DNA from: Bacteroidia bacterium
Lineage (GTDB): Bacteria > Bacteroidota > Bacteroidia > AKYH767-A > OLB10
DNA: 64,000 bases
Assembly (NCBI GenBank): GCA_017995075.1
Contig: JAGOJO010000006.1
Span: 939 to 64,938 of the forward strand
Reading direction: 5' to 3'
Shown: in pieces, positions 63,270 through 64,000 of the stretch
Layout of the letters: every line of letters starts with the position of its first letter
Numbering within the stretch: position 1 is the stretch's first letter
Notes under the pieces: generated by a model
What the model was told of the DNA's origin: nothing
Seen by the model: only the letters and a program-made list of their open reading frames with translations
The model's database searches: none
Made by a program: the position numbers and the translations under genes

Positions 63270-64000
63270 TTACAACTTCACGAATGGCTGAGCCACGGTG
63301 CCTGCCTCCGAAGTTGTTTTTACAATATACGTACCTGCCGGAAACATACTTACATCAACAGGAATCCGATAAAGTCCGTTCTTTATAACTTCATCTGTTT
63401 CCAAACGAAGAATAACACGGCCAGACAAATCTGTTATAAGAATTTCCAGTTTACTATCTGCTGCATTCTCCAGGCTAACATGTAACAAATCACTTGCCGG
63501 ATTCGGATGAAGCACAACTTTCAATTGACTGGAAGAGTTTTTCTCTGTTTTCACCGTACTAATACCGGCCGAGAGATCCTTTGCACTCAACACCAGATAA
63601 CCATCATTATAATCTGCAACCGGACGAGCTACCACATTGCAGGCAGCAATCCTCGCAGACAATACAGAGCCGCCGGACACTTCAAAACCGGGATTTAACT
63701 GAACAAAACTCCCTGCTTTCATCTCTAACGTTTGCCCATATCCGTTAGTGAATACCTGACTACTCACAACAGAATTCGATGCCTGAATATTACTCGTACC
63801 CGGCAACGAAGCGAACGCAGAAGTATTCTCATCAGAAGGACAAGCACCAGCCAATGTAGAAGACCAGAAGCCGCGACCATAAGTCGTTGCATACAGAAGT
63901 CCTTGTCCCGGGTTAATATCCAGATCAGTAACAATTACCGAAGGCATACCATTGGTAAATGGAATAAAATTCGGCAGAAGATTATTGGTATAATACACTC
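63270..64000 (-). CDS. T9SS CTD secreted protein (N-terminus outside window)
   Basis: The frame is open to the window edge. CTD 'LHPNPASDLLHVSL...GTYIVKT...PFVKL'. Confidence 0.8.
   Translation of the reverse strand, partial: VYYTNNLLPNFIPFTNGMPSVIVTDLDINPGQGLLYATTYGRGFWSSTLAGACPSDENTSAFASLPGTSNIQASNSVVSSQVFTNGYGQTLEMKAGSFVQLNPGFEVSGGSVLSARIAACNVVARPVADYNDGYLVLSAKDLSAGISTVKTEKNSSSQLKVVLHPNPASDLLHVSLENAADSKLEILITDLSGRVILRLETDEVIKNGLYRIPVDVSMFPAGTYIVKTTSEAGTVAQPFVKL

Overview
The window looks like a chromosomal segment of a Bacteroidota genome. Nine ORFs end in the type A T9SS C-terminal sorting domain ('..YPNP..' to 'GVY/GLY..' near the stop). Many genes are preceded by the Bacteroidetes -7 promoter box TAnnTTTG, and Shine-Dalgarno sequences are mostly absent. 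Hand-sampled 60-nt lines give a background of about 40-43% G+C. Most of the window is housekeeping: rhomboid protease, mce, kbl, dprA, kynA, hflX, aspS, an M1 aminopeptidase, TonB, a TonB-dependent receptor, two ABC systems, RidA, a GAF/fRMsr-like protein and ComF. These are interspersed with very large secreted or surface proteins. One tRNA (anticodon CAT) is present. I found no rRNA, CRISPR array, integrase or transposase. Five loci deserve a second look. (1) A low-GC segment (about 10.9-14.9 kb) abuts the tRNA; it holds a truncated-looking gene, a 540-bp non-coding gap and an orphan DUF2971-type protein. (2) Directly downstream of the tRNA lies a tandem array of 106-bp units, each carrying two hairpins, with the hairpin loop inverted between two copies. 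(3) Two large secreted repeat proteins (1145 aa MORN-variant/YwqK-type and 601 aa YD-like) are translationally coupled and carry unassignable terminal domains. (4) A free-standing four-helix-bundle ('23S rRNA IVS protein') gene sits between comF and hflX, bracketed by inverted heptamer arrays. (5) A secreted amidohydrolase pair has only one of three domains with the HxH metal motif. None of these can be assigned to a known defence or mobile system from sequence alone. All family calls rest on motif recognition by eye, not on searches.
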